Shown: piece by piece, positions 12,271-21,602 of the stretch
Position numbering within the stretch: the first letter of the stretch is position 1
Layout of the letters: every line of letters begins with the position of its first letter
NCBI GenBank assembly: GCA_964589625.1
Contig: CAZPSH010000001.1
Location: 45,862 to 109,861 of the forward strand
From: an uncultured Thermoanaerobaculia bacterium
GTDB taxonomy: Bacteria; Acidobacteriota; UBA4820; DSQY01
DNA: 64,000 nucleotides
Direction of reading: 5' to 3'
Notes under the pieces: generated by a model
Told to the model about the DNA's origin: nothing
Seen by the model: only the letters and a program-made list of their open reading frames with translations
The model's database searches: none
Made by a program: the position numbers and the translations under genes

Positions 12271-12951
12271 TTGTTCAAACCGCGCGCTCGAAAGGGAGAA
12301 CGACGAACATGGCCATTGGGGGAGAACGGGGAGGTCGCCGCCCTCCTCCGGCCGTACCTCGAGAAGGAGGAGGCGGCCCTCGGCGCGGTCCTCGGACGTC
12401 TGCCGGTGGCCCTTTCGGGCGACAGGGTTCTCCTGCGAACGGGGGAAGCGCCCCTCGGGGATTTCGTGGCGGACGCGCTGAGAAAGGCGTCGGAAGCCGA
12501 GGCGGCCTTCATCAACGGAGGCGCCCTGCGGGCGGGTCTGCCGGCTGGCGACGTGACCGGGCGGGACCTCTATGCGTGCCTGCCCTTCTTCGATTCGCTG
12601 ACCACCGTCCTTCTCACGGGGGAGCAGATCCAGGCGCTTCTCGACCGGTGCGCCTCCATGTCCCGGGAGGATCCGCCGGGCGGGTTTCTGCAGGTCTCGG
12701 GCGTCGAGGTCGTTTATGACGACGGGGGGGCCGTTTCGGTCCGAGTCGGAAACGCGCCCTTGGATCGGGCCAAATCGTACCGGGTGGCCTGCACCCAGTT
12801 CCTGCTCTCCGGAGGAGACGGTCTGGTGGAGTTCACGGCTGGCCGGGACGCGCGGGATTGGGGCCTCGGCCTCCAGGAAATCCTTCGGCGCGAACTGTCG
12901 CGCCCGGATGTCCGAATCCCGCAGTCGGGAGGTCGGATCGTCCGTCGTTAA
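12271..12951 (+). pseudogene. 5'-nucleotidase C-terminal domain only (catalytic metallophosphatase domain absent); start uncertain
   Basis: GEAPLGDFVADAL, AFINGGALR, LPFFDS, LQVSG, FLLSGGDG; only 36 nt separate it from the divergent gene start. Confidence 0.7.
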
Positions 12952-13346
12952 GGGGCGGCTAACGGCGCCGAGAGGTGCGTCTCAAGGAATCGGCGAAGGA
13001 CCTCTTGCGACTCGGGGGAGGCGAGAATGCCGCCGTCGTTGTGGCCTCCCTTCAACACCTGAAAGACCTTTGGGCCGGGGGCCCTTTCGTAGAGGCGCCG
13101 CCCCATTTCGTAGGGCACGATCTCGTGATCCCGGGAATGGAGAACCATCACGGGGCAGGAAAGGCCGCCGATGCGGTCCAGCGAATCATAGCGGATCTTC
13201 AGGAAGACGTAGGATTCCTGCCGGAAGAACATGTAGGCGCTGAAGCCTCCGTAGAGAAGGACCAGCCCCACCACGAGCAGGAGGGCGATCTCGGCGGCCG
13301 GCCTGTGCGGTCCCTTCAGCCCCCTTTCCCTCGGCGGGACTTCCAT
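12948..13346 (-). pseudogene. Alpha/beta-hydrolase with in-frame loss of the central core
   Basis: N-terminal TM anchor ...FFRQESYVF joined directly to C-terminal ...RYDSLDRIGGLSCPVMVLHSRDHEIVP...GGHND; no GxSxG motif. Confidence 0.65.
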
Positions 13347-13384
13347 GGGGTAAGGGTGCCACGAACAGGCCCTTCGGGGAAGGG

Positions 13385-13414
13385 AAAAGGGCGCGGGGGG
13401 GTGCCCCCCGCGCC
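13385..13414 (-). terminator. Intrinsic terminator after the octaheme cytochrome gene
   Basis: 11-bp GC stem (13390-13400/13404-13414) followed by CTTTT on the minus strand. Confidence 0.7.
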
Positions 13415-13439
13415 GCTCGTGCTCCCTAGGTACCATGGG

Positions 13440-14729
13440 TCAATGTGGCGAGACAGCCTTGGCCTTCTGGGCGTGCTCCTTCCGGATCTGGGCCGCCTCG
13501 GCCTTGATCTCGACGAGGTCTCGCTTCATCTCGGCCCACCCGTACCAGTGCTGGTAATCGGGGTTCATGTGGAAGGCGCCCTGAAACGTTCGCATCCTGT
13601 GCTCCATGAGCATCACGTACAGCTTCTGCTCGATGGGGTGCTCGACCTCGTAGAAACGAAGAACGTCCACGCTGAAAGGGCGGTCCTTTGGCTCGGCCAG
13701 GATCCCGTCCCGGTATAGACCGTACACGTCCTGGATGGCCTGGGCCATGAGCCGGTCCGCGGCCTTGATGATCTCGTCGCCCTTCTGCAGCTCTTCCTTG
13801 GCGAAGCTGGGCCCGTGACACTTGGAGCACTGTCCGATCATCTGGTCCCTGCGGGCCTGCCACTCCTCCTTGGTCAGCCTCGCCACGTCTCCTGCCTTTA
13901 CGAGCTCGAGGCGGGCCGTGGGCTTGCCGTCCTTGTCGAGAACGCCCAGAGCCTGCAAGATCACCGCGCGGTCCGCCATCCACTCGGCGTCGTCTTCGGG
14001 GAGCCTGAGGGCGAGGAACCCCCAGGAGGTCTTTACCCCGTGGTCACCGGCGGGCATGTGGCAGAACGCGCACGTGGGGGCGCGGGGGGAGTCCGGATAG
14101 CCCGTGGCGGCCTCCTTGAACCAGTCCTTCAAGGGGACTTCCCAGTTGGTCTTATGGGCGGTCTGCATGTAGAGGGCGCCGTGCTTGCTCGTGGAGTACA
14201 TCTCCCACTGGGGATGGTCGAAGCCCATGTGGCAGGTGGCGCAGGCTTCGGGGCGGCGGGCCTCGGCCGCGGAGAAGAGGTGACGGGTGTGGCAGGAGTC
14301 GCACTTGCCGCCGTCCAGGCCGACCCGGTGACAGCCCCCGCAGCCCTTCATACCGTCCATGAGGGCGTGGGGCTGATCTTTGGTGGTCGGCATGGCGGTC
14401 ATGGCCACCCACGCCGCGGCGTGCTTGCTCTTTGCGAACTGTCCCGCCTGGTCGGGGTGGCACTGGGCGCAGGCCTTGGCGGAGACGGCGCGGACCACGC
14501 CGTTGGTCTCGCAGGCGCTCGTCTTGACGGAGGCGTCCCCCGTCAAGTGGCACTCGGCGCACGTGACGCCCCCGGCGGCGTGCTTGGAGAGCTTCCAGTC
14601 ACGCAGGGCGCTGCCCGTGATGCCTTGGGCGGTGTGGCACCCCACGCAGTCGGGCTCCTGCGCGGCGGCCGTGAAGGCCACCGCCAGAAGGCCGATCAGG
14701 ACGGTGAGACAGAGCCATCGCTTGTTCAT
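13440..14729 (-). CDS. Octaheme cytochrome c, hydroxylamine oxidoreductase (HAO/epsilon-Hao) family
   Basis: Signal peptide; 8 CXXCH motifs; MGFDHPQ...SKHG and FHMNPDYQHWYGW signatures; GGAGG RBS. Confidence 0.88.
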   Translation of the reverse strand: MNKRWLCLTVLIGLLAVAFTAAAQEPDCVGCHTAQGITGSALRDWKLSKHAAGGVTCAECHLTGDASVKTSACETNGVVRAVSAKACAQCHPDQAGQFAKSKHAAAWVAMTAMPTTKDQPHALMDGMKGCGGCHRVGLDGGKCDSCHTRHLFSAAEARRPEACATCHMGFDHPQWEMYSTSKHGALYMQTAHKTNWEVPLKDWFKEAATGYPDSPRAPTCAFCHMPAGDHGVKTSWGFLALRLPEDDAEWMADRAVILQALGVLDKDGKPTARLELVKAGDVARLTKEEWQARRDQMIGQCSKCHGPSFAKEELQKGDEIIKAADRLMAQAIQDVYGLYRDGILAEPKDRPFSVDVLRFYEVEHPIEQKLYVMLMEHRMRTFQGAFHMNPDYQHWYGWAEMKRDLVEIKAEAAQIRKEHAQKAKAVSPH

Positions 14730-14776
14730 CGAAGCCTCCCTCAGAAACCGAACACATTCTTCCAGGGCCAGCATAC

Positions 14777-16177
14777 TCACGGTTCTGTCGCGGCCAGCGT
14801 CAAGGCCTTCGCCTGTCCCTGGCGTGCGTAGTCGATGGCCTCGCCCAGGATTCTGGCAGCCTCCTGAGGGGCGTGAAACCCCATGGAGTTCTCGGAGGAG
14901 ATGAAGTCGATCCGCCACTGGGCTTTGCGTTGCAGCTCCAGGATGGGCGCGAGGTCCGCAGGGGTGGCGCCCCCGGCCTGGGCGGAGCGTACGGCGTCCA
15001 GTTGGTCCATCAGGGCGGAAGCGGCCCGCTGGAGAAGGGCGTGGTTTCGCCCCTGGATCAGGTCCACGCGCGACCGGATCTCCGCCTCCGGGTAACGGTG
15101 GCATGGCTGGCAGGCGCGCGAGATGGACTCGTCGTTTACAAGGGGGCTGCGGATCCAATGATCCGAGATCTTGAGGGCCCCCTGGCGGACATACGGCATG
15201 TGGCAGTCGGCGCAGGCAACGCCGGACCGGGAGTGGATCCCCTGGTTCCACATCTCGAACTCGGGGTGCTGGGCCTTGAGGGCGGGCGCGCCCGTCTCCG
15301 CGTGGGTCCAGTCCTTGTAGCCGGCCTCGTCGTAGTAGGCCTCGATCTCCTCGACCTTGAGTCCCTTTTGCCACGGGTAGGTGAGCGTTTTCCTGTCGCC
15401 CTTGAAGTAATACTCCACGTGACATTGCCCGCAGACGTAAGAGCGCATTTCCTGCCGCGTGGCGTCGCGGTTGGGATCGTAGTCCTCGATGCCCTGCGAG
15501 GCCTTGAGCGCCCGGATCCCGTTCAGGAACCCCGGACGGGTTACACGAAGTTCCATATTCCTAGGGTCGTGACAGTCCACGCAGGAGACCGGGTGGCGGA
15601 CAAGGGGCTTGCCCGAGTCGTCCTTGAGGTCGTGGGCCTGCTGGTAGGGCATGGCGCAGACCTCCTCGAAGCCCCTCATGACGTCGCCTCTCCCCACGTG
15701 GCGGTAGAGGGGGATGATCGAGGCATGGCAGTGAAGGCATGCGCCCGGCTGGGGCTTTTTGGTCACCCTCTCCGTGTGCTCCTGGTCGAAGAGCATGTAG
15801 GCGTGGCCTCTCCGGTCGCGGTAGTCGATGGAGAAGGCATATCCGTCGTACATTCGCTTGAGCCAGGGGTCGCGCTCCAGCTTCTGAGCCGGCAGGGCCT
15901 CGCTTCCGCCGAACTTGGTCCGGGTCGCGTCGGCCGTGCGCTTGTACGCGTCGAACTGGCGGGGCCAGTTCATCCCCCAGGTCTCCGGGTCGGTCGTCTC
16001 TTCCGAAACCTGGACGAGTTTGAGATAGGGGTCCTTCGCCTCCTGCTTCCGCTCGAAGATGTTAACGAGCAGGGCCGTGATCCCCGCGCTCGCCACCGCC
16101 GCCGCCACGGCAACCGCCGCGAAAAGGGTCAGCTTCCCCCTGGATTCCTTCCACCAACCCGTCAAGCCCGCCGCCAT
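14777..16177 (-). CDS. nrfA: Ammonia-forming cytochrome c nitrite reductase, catalytic subunit
   Basis: 5 heme motifs (CLHCH, CVDCH, CGQCH, CADCH, CQPCH), [27 protein letters not shown]. Confidence 0.95.
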   Translation of the reverse strand: MAAGLTGWWKESRGKLTLFAAVAVAAAVASAGITALLVNIFERKQEAKDPYLKLVQVSEETTDPETWGMNWPRQFDAYKRTADATRTKFGGSEALPAQKLERDPWLKRMYDGYAFSIDYRDRRGHAYMLFDQEHTERVTKKPQPGACLHCHASIIPLYRHVGRGDVMRGFEEVCAMPYQQAHDLKDDSGKPLVRHPVSCVDCHDPRNMELRVTRPGFLNGIRALKASQGIEDYDPNRDATRQEMRSYVCGQCHVEYYFKGDRKTLTYPWQKGLKVEEIEAYYDEAGYKDWTHAETGAPALKAQHPEFEMWNQGIHSRSGVACADCHMPYVRQGALKISDHWIRSPLVNDESISRACQPCHRYPEAEIRSRVDLIQGRNHALLQRAASALMDQLDAVRSAQAGGATPADLAPILELQRKAQWRIDFISSENSMGFHAPQEAARILGEAIDYARQGQAKALTLAATEP

Positions 16178-16267
16178 TCTCCGCCTCCTTGCTCGGCCCC
16201 GTGTCCCCCTGGGGGCTGTGGGCCCTTGTCTGCGAAAGACCCCTTCTCTCTCGTTCCACTGCGCTCC

Positions 16268-16741
16268 CTAGCGCACCGGCCCGTGGCCCACGTCGGCGTG
16301 GCAGTGGACACAGCGCACGCCCCCCGTGCGGGTGGAGGCGCTGGCCACGAGGTCGTGAACCAGTTCTCCATGGCACCGCACGCAATTCTCTTGCAAGATG
16401 CCGGCGTTCTTTTCTTTGATGCGGATGGGTTCGTGAAAATCCTGGAAGGTGAAGCCCCGGGAGTGGTGGTACCCGTTTTCCGCCTTGGCGAGATACTTTT
16501 CCACGAAGCCGTGGGGCAGGTGGCAATCCACGCAGGCCGCCGCCCCGTGGTGTCCCGACTTCTGCCAGGAATCGAAGGACTCGTTCATGATGTGGCAATT
16601 CCGGCAAGCGGCCGGGTCCTTGCTGAAGTAAGAAAGGCCCTCGGCGTAGCCGAAGGTGAAGAAGCCGACGCCCGCGGCGATCCCCACGAGCAGGGCCGCG
16701 ATCCAGAGGGAGGACGGCAGGCTCGGATGGCTTCGGCTCAT
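16268..16741 (-). CDS. nrfH: Tetraheme quinol dehydrogenase subunit of nitrite reductase
   Basis: N-terminal TM, 4 CXXCH motifs, KAENGYHH; directly upstream of nrfA. Confidence 0.94.
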   Translation of the reverse strand: MSRSHPSLPSSLWIAALLVGIAAGVGFFTFGYAEGLSYFSKDPAACRNCHIMNESFDSWQKSGHHGAAACVDCHLPHGFVEKYLAKAENGYHHSRGFTFQDFHEPIRIKEKNAGILQENCVRCHGELVHDLVASASTRTGGVRCVHCHADVGHGPVR

Positions 16742-16756
16742 CAGGGGCTCCCTCCG

Positions 16757-18055
16757 CTAGTATGCGAGAGCCACCTGCAGGTACGCCAGGCGGCTTGGAT
16801 CGGGTCCGCGGACGGCCTTCGCGAAAGCCCCTGGGTCGTACTGGGAAATTCCCGCGAGCCACTTCATCGAGGGCCGCGTTTTGAAACCCCCTGAAATGGA
16901 GAGGTCCACTTCGCGGCCCACGTGCGTACCGGAGGCGCCCGTGAGATCCCGCCCCATCAGCGCCCCGCCCGCGGCGGTCCAGGGGGCGGTAGGGGAGTCG
17001 AGGCGAAAGTCATGGACCTCCACCTCCAGCCGCCATCGCTCCCGGATCAGGACCGAACCGAAGAGATTGACCTCCCGTAGGTTGCTCCAGTTGTGGTAGT
17101 CCATGAGGCCGTACTTGTTGTGGTTGGTGGGAAAGAGGTTGTCAAAAGAGCCGGAGCGGCCGTCGGAGGGGTCTTCGTCGCCGGAGGCGCGATTCCATTC
17201 AGCCCCCAAGGAAATGCTGGGCTTCGAGGGAATGTCCCACGTCACCCGGAGGGATTGGGCATCCGCGCGGTGCGGGTCTGGGCCCCGTTCTCCCGTCTGC
17301 CAAGCGGCCTCGAGGGCTACTCGAAGGCCGGCCCCAGGCGCCCAGAGGAGGCGGCCCCCATAGGTTGGGATGCGGCTTCGCAAAAGCCCACCGAGTTCGC
17401 CGGCCGCGAGGCCTCCATCCCGTTTGAGGAGGGCGTAGGCCTCCACCTTCAGGTCCTTTCGATCCTGGAGGAACCCCGCGTAAAGCCCCGATAGCGTTTG
17501 TTCGGGAGTGTCAAGGAGCAACGGCCGCTGCCTGGCGCGCGCAAGAAACGCATCAACGAACAGCCTTTCCGATTCGTAGCGGACCTTGGCCGCGTCGAAG
17601 GAGCGCCCCACGTTCGACCATCCGAAGGCGCCCACCAGGCGCTCCTCGCCGAAGGCGAGTTCCTGGCGGCCTAGGCGGGTGGACAGGCCCTCAAAGCCTC
17701 CGAGCCCCCGGACTTCCACAAAAGCCTGGCGGAGATCGGAGTACCGGCCCGAGATCTTGGCGGCGGCCGCGTCGGCGCCCCAGTGGCGGCTGTCCTGGCC
17801 CTCGGCGAAGACCCGGAGGGCCGCGCCTAGCCGAAGATCCAGGCCGGCTCTGAAGCGGTTCCCGACGAAGGCGTTGCGGTCCTCCGAGTCCTTATTGAAA
17901 TCCGCGTCCTCTCTGATCTCCCACCGGGCCCTCTCCTCCCAAAGGAGCCTCAAGGATCCTTCGCCGCCCTCCCAAAGGGGAAGGCCCTGTGCGCCCGCGG
18001 TCACGCCGATGAGCAGCCAGAGCCCTCCGAGAAAGCCCCGTCTTACGCATTTCAT
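16757..18055 (-). CDS. Alginate export (AlgE)-family outer-membrane beta-barrel
   Basis: Signal peptide; GRQELAFGEERLVG, WSNVGRSFDA, FDNLFPTNH; ends with an aromatic residue. Confidence 0.82.
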   Translation of the reverse strand: MKCVRRGFLGGLWLLIGVTAGAQGLPLWEGGEGSLRLLWEERARWEIREDADFNKDSEDRNAFVGNRFRAGLDLRLGAALRVFAEGQDSRHWGADAAAAKISGRYSDLRQAFVEVRGLGGFEGLSTRLGRQELAFGEERLVGAFGWSNVGRSFDAAKVRYESERLFVDAFLARARQRPLLLDTPEQTLSGLYAGFLQDRKDLKVEAYALLKRDGGLAAGELGGLLRSRIPTYGGRLLWAPGAGLRVALEAAWQTGERGPDPHRADAQSLRVTWDIPSKPSISLGAEWNRASGDEDPSDGRSGSFDNLFPTNHNKYGLMDYHNWSNLREVNLFGSVLIRERWRLEVEVHDFRLDSPTAPWTAAGGALMGRDLTGASGTHVGREVDLSISGGFKTRPSMKWLAGISQYDPGAFAKAVRGPDPSRLAYLQVALAY

Positions 18056-18112
18056 GGATTCCCTCCCTCGAGTCGGGGCGCCGAGTTGGGGGGCCTCGGC
18101 CGCCGTTGTCGG

Positions 18113-18460
18113 CTAGGATCTCAGGGTTGCCAGGGGCCTTTCCTTGACCAAGGTCAAAAGAAAGACGAACCGTCCGGGCGCCTTCACGGCGTGGACGAGT
18201 CCCTTGGGCATCACGTAGAGGGCCCCGGGGGTTGCCTCGTGGTCCTCGTCCCCGAGACGCACGGTGGCCTTCCCCTCCACGACGTGGATTACCGCTTCGA
18301 AGGGGGCCGTGTGCTCCGAAAGGGTCTGTCCCTCTTCAAAACAGAAGAGCACGAGCTTCAGCGCGGGAGAGTCGTAGAGGGTCTTGCTGACAATGCCACG
18401 CTCGGCGAACTGGGTGTGCCGGCTCAGATCGTGCACGAGGGGGTTCATCGAGTCCGTCAT
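18113..18460 (-). CDS. Cupin domain protein
   Basis: LSEHTAP...VVEG...HAVKA cupin motifs. Confidence 0.88.
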   Translation of the reverse strand: MTDSMNPLVHDLSRHTQFAERGIVSKTLYDSPALKLVLFCFEEGQTLSEHTAPFEAVIHVVEGKATVRLGDEDHEATPGALYVMPKGLVHAVKAPGRFVFLLTLVKERPLATLRS

Positions 18461-18478
18461 TGGATTCTCCCTTTGGGG

Positions 18479-18516
18479 GAAGCGGGCCGGGGCCGGAAAG
18501 GGCTCCGGCCCGCTTC
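18479..18516. other. Intercistronic long hairpin
   Basis: GAAGCGGGCCGG(18479-18490)/CCGGCCCGCTTC(18505-18516), perfect 12-bp arms; no U-tract on the coding strand. Confidence 0.7.
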
Positions 18517-18522
18517 GGGGTT

Positions 18523-20829
18523 TCAATGGGTGTGGCTGATCTGCCTGGCGTCCTCGGGGCGTTCCTTCAGAATCCCGAGCACGGCGAGGACCGCGCCAAT
18601 GGCGAAGGGGACGGCGCCCGCGAAGAGCAGGGTCATGTCTCCCGCTAGACGGATCCACTCGGTCGTGTGGAAGAGCCCGGTCATCGTGAACTCGACGCTC
18701 CGGGCGTGGGCGTACCCGTTCAACACCACGTCGTACAGCTGGAGCACTCCTGCGGGGAAGAGGTTGAGCACGATCATGAGGCCCAGGCCCGCGTTGAGCC
18801 CCCAGAACCCGGTCCGGATGAACTTCTCCGCTCGTCCCCAGACCCCGTCAGATGCGAGGGCCCGAAGGCAGTAGACGAGGACCGCGAGGGCGAGCATTCC
18901 GAAGACCCCGAACATGGCCGCGTGTCCGTGGTTTGGGGTGAGGGTGGTGCCCATTTCAAAGTAGGAGACGATAGGTAGGTTGATGAGAAAACCGAAGACG
19001 CCGGCACCGAGGAAATTCCAGAACCCCACGGCGATGAGAAACATGACCGCCCACTTCTGCTTGAGCGCCAGGGGCTTCCCGCAGTCCGCGCAGGGCTCCC
19101 TCTGGAGTTTGATGAAATCCCAAGCATCCAGGGTGAGAAGCGTGAGGGGAACCACCTCCAGGGCGGAAAAGCAGGCCCCGATGGCCATGGATACGGCCTC
19201 CTGTCCCGTGAAATACCAGTGGTGGGCCGTGCCCGCGATTCCCCCGGCGAGGTAGAGGATGGCATCCAGGTAGATGACCCGGCTCGCCGTGATCGTTCGG
19301 ACGAGCCCCATGTGGACGAACATAATGGCGACGAGGACCGTGGCGAAAAGCTCGAAAAAGCCCTCCACCCAGAGATGGATGATCCAGAAGCGCCAGTTGT
19401 CGATCACCGCGAAGTTGGTTCGCGCGCCCCAGAGGAAGGCGGGGAGGTAGAAGATCACCACGGCGACGGAGGCGAAGAGGAAGAGGCCCGCCAGTTCCCT
19501 CTTGTCCGCATCGCGGAAGGCCGGTGCCAGGGCGCGGACCATGAGAAGGAGCCAGAAGACGAGGCCCGCGGCGAGAAGAACCTGCCAGAAGCGTCCCAGA
19601 TCGACGTACTCTGAGCCCTGGTGCCCGAACCAGAACCACAGGTCGCCCAGCCGGTCGTGGATGCCCAGGTATTCCCCGAACAGGCTTCCGAAAACGACCA
19701 CCGCCAGCGCGCCCAGGAGGGCAAGGCCTCCCCATTTCTGTCCCTTGGGTTCCTGGCCGCCGAGCAGGGGAGCGAGGAACAGGCCGCCGCCCACCCATGC
19801 CGTGGCGATCCAGAAGATGGCGAGCTGTAAGTGCCACGTCCGGGCGAGGTTATAGGGAAGGAGGTTCGCGAGGCTGTACCCGTAGAAACCCTCGGGCTCC
19901 ACGCGGTAGTGGGCGAGCGCTCCCCCGAGAAAGACCTGGAGCAGGAAGAGGAGGACGACCACAAGGAAAAAGAGGGCCGTGATCCGCTGGCTCGGCGTGA
20001 GGGCCGCCGCCTTGGGAAGGCTCAGGTGAGCGGGCCTTTCCCCCCGGTCTCCCTTCCACCCCAGGAAGTCGAACTTCCCGAAGAAAAAGAGAATGGCTCC
20101 CAGCCCGCCCAGCAGGAACACGAGGCTTACGGCGCTCCACAGGATGGCCTGGGGCGTCGGCGTGTTCCCGGCCAGGGGATCGTAGGGCCAGTTGCTGGTG
20201 TAGGAATAGGCCCGTCCCGGCCGGTTTGCTCGCGCGGCCCAGGAAGACCAGGCCAGAAAGGCGGTGAGAACCCTGGCTTCCCCCTCGCCCTTGAGGTAGG
20301 ACGCCGGAAGGCCCGGAGCGCCCTTGGCGAGGTAGGCCGCCCACTCGGACTGCTGGACGGCGAAGCTCCGCGCCTCGCCCGCGGTGTACAGGAGGGCGCC
20401 CGTCGTGGCGTCGTAGCGGTTGGTCTTGAGAACCTCCTTGACCTCCGCGAGCACGGAGGCCCTCTGGCCATCGTCCAGGGCGTCCGCGTCCTTCCCGAAG
20501 CGGGAAGCCGCCAGCGTGTCGCGGGTGACTTCCGCCTCCCGGCGGAGGTAGGCCGCCGAGTAATCGGGGCCGAGGTACGCCCCGTGACCCCAGAGGGACC
20601 CGTGTTCCATGAGGCCGTACTTGAAAAAGACCTCCTGGCCCCTTCCCACGTCTTCGGCGGTGTACAGGACCGCGCCCCCTTCGTCCACCACCTGGGAGGG
20701 GATGGGGGGAGCCTTCCGATAGGTTTGAAAGGTCAGGAAGATGAGGATCGAGAAGCCGAAGATCATGACGCCGAGGGCGGATCTTCGCCACCACGGGGAC
20801 AGCCGCGCCTGGGTTTCGGGTCCGGACAT
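18523..20829 (-). CDS. norZ: Quinol-dependent nitric oxide reductase (qNOR)
   Basis: GSLWGHGAY, RTWHLQLAIFW, HLWVEGFFE, GTAHHWYF, HGHAAMFG; GGAGGTG RBS. Confidence 0.96.
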   Translation of the reverse strand: MSGPETQARLSPWWRRSALGVMIFGFSILIFLTFQTYRKAPPIPSQVVDEGGAVLYTAEDVGRGQEVFFKYGLMEHGSLWGHGAYLGPDYSAAYLRREAEVTRDTLAASRFGKDADALDDGQRASVLAEVKEVLKTNRYDATTGALLYTAGEARSFAVQQSEWAAYLAKGAPGLPASYLKGEGEARVLTAFLAWSSWAARANRPGRAYSYTSNWPYDPLAGNTPTPQAILWSAVSLVFLLGGLGAILFFFGKFDFLGWKGDRGERPAHLSLPKAAALTPSQRITALFFLVVVLLFLLQVFLGGALAHYRVEPEGFYGYSLANLLPYNLARTWHLQLAIFWIATAWVGGGLFLAPLLGGQEPKGQKWGGLALLGALAVVVFGSLFGEYLGIHDRLGDLWFWFGHQGSEYVDLGRFWQVLLAAGLVFWLLLMVRALAPAFRDADKRELAGLFLFASVAVVIFYLPAFLWGARTNFAVIDNWRFWIIHLWVEGFFELFATVLVAIMFVHMGLVRTITASRVIYLDAILYLAGGIAGTAHHWYFTGQEAVSMAIGACFSALEVVPLTLLTLDAWDFIKLQREPCADCGKPLALKQKWAVMFLIAVGFWNFLGAGVFGFLINLPIVSYFEMGTTLTPNHGHAAMFGVFGMLALAVLVYCLRALASDGVWGRAEKFIRTGFWGLNAGLGLMIVLNLFPAGVLQLYDVVLNGYAHARSVEFTMTGLFHTTEWIRLAGDMTLLFAGAVPFAIGAVLAVLGILKERPEDARQISHTH

Positions 20830-20899
20830 GGTCACCTCCCAACTGTATGGCTTGACGGAAGTGTTGGCCATTTCTTGTGCGATTTCAACCCCGCGGGCC

Positions 20900-21511
20900 T
20901 CAGGCGTGGCTCGAACAGCCGAAGCAGGAAGAGGTCTCCGAGACGCGGGTCGGATCGGGGGGATAGGACGCGCAAAGGCGCTCCGCCAGCGCGTGGAGAC
21001 GCTCGTGCTCGCCTTCTCCCATGGCGTCACGCTCGAAGGCTTCGTAAGATTCGGCGAGTTCGTCTTGCTCGGCGGGGGTGAGTGCCTGGAGGGCCATGGG
21101 GTAGAGGATGTTGTCCTCCTTGAGGATGTGGGCCCGGAGGAGGGGAACATACCGCCGCGCGGCCTCCACGACCTCGATCCTCTGCGGTTCGCTCAGCGGC
21201 CCCACACCCTCGCCCGAGCGAACGAGCGTTGCGACGCAGGCGCGACCCTCCACGTGCTCGGCAAGCATCACCGCGATGGGTCCGTATTCCGTTGGGAACC
21301 CGCGTTGCGCCATCTTGGCAAAGAGACGGTCTTCCTCCTTGCCGTGGTGGCAACGGTCCGCGAAGAGGCGGAAGAAGTCCCCGTAGGCGCGAAGAATTTC
21401 GCGATCTGGGACCGGTCCGGACTCGATGGCCAGGGCACACGTCTCAAGGGAACCGAGGACGCGCTCGATGATTCGGTGTTCGTCCATCAGTATGGCGATG
21501 GCGGCATGCAT
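20900..21511 (-). CDS. Hemerythrin-like di-iron protein
   Basis: EHRII, HHGKEE, EHVEGR, HILKEDNILYP; C-terminal CFGCSSH tail. Confidence 0.88.
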   Translation of the reverse strand: MHAAIAILMDEHRIIERVLGSLETCALAIESGPVPDREILRAYGDFFRLFADRCHHGKEEDRLFAKMAQRGFPTEYGPIAVMLAEHVEGRACVATLVRSGEGVGPLSEPQRIEVVEAARRYVPLLRAHILKEDNILYPMALQALTPAEQDELAESYEAFERDAMGEGEHERLHALAERLCASYPPDPTRVSETSSCFGCSSHA

Positions 21512-21602
21512 GAGAAGCCTCCTAAGACCTGTAACAGGACCAATGGATGCGCGAATGCGCAGATAGGGGCAAGAAAAGCAGGGTCAGTAGGCCGCATCGT
21601 AA

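Noticed and set aside
18523-20829. NO dismutase (Nod)
   Set aside because: Canonical qNOR residues are retained (HLWVEGFFE, AHHWYF); Nod-type substitutions are absent
20842-20847. TACAGT as the -10 of norZ
   Set aside because: It would place the TSS inside the RBS
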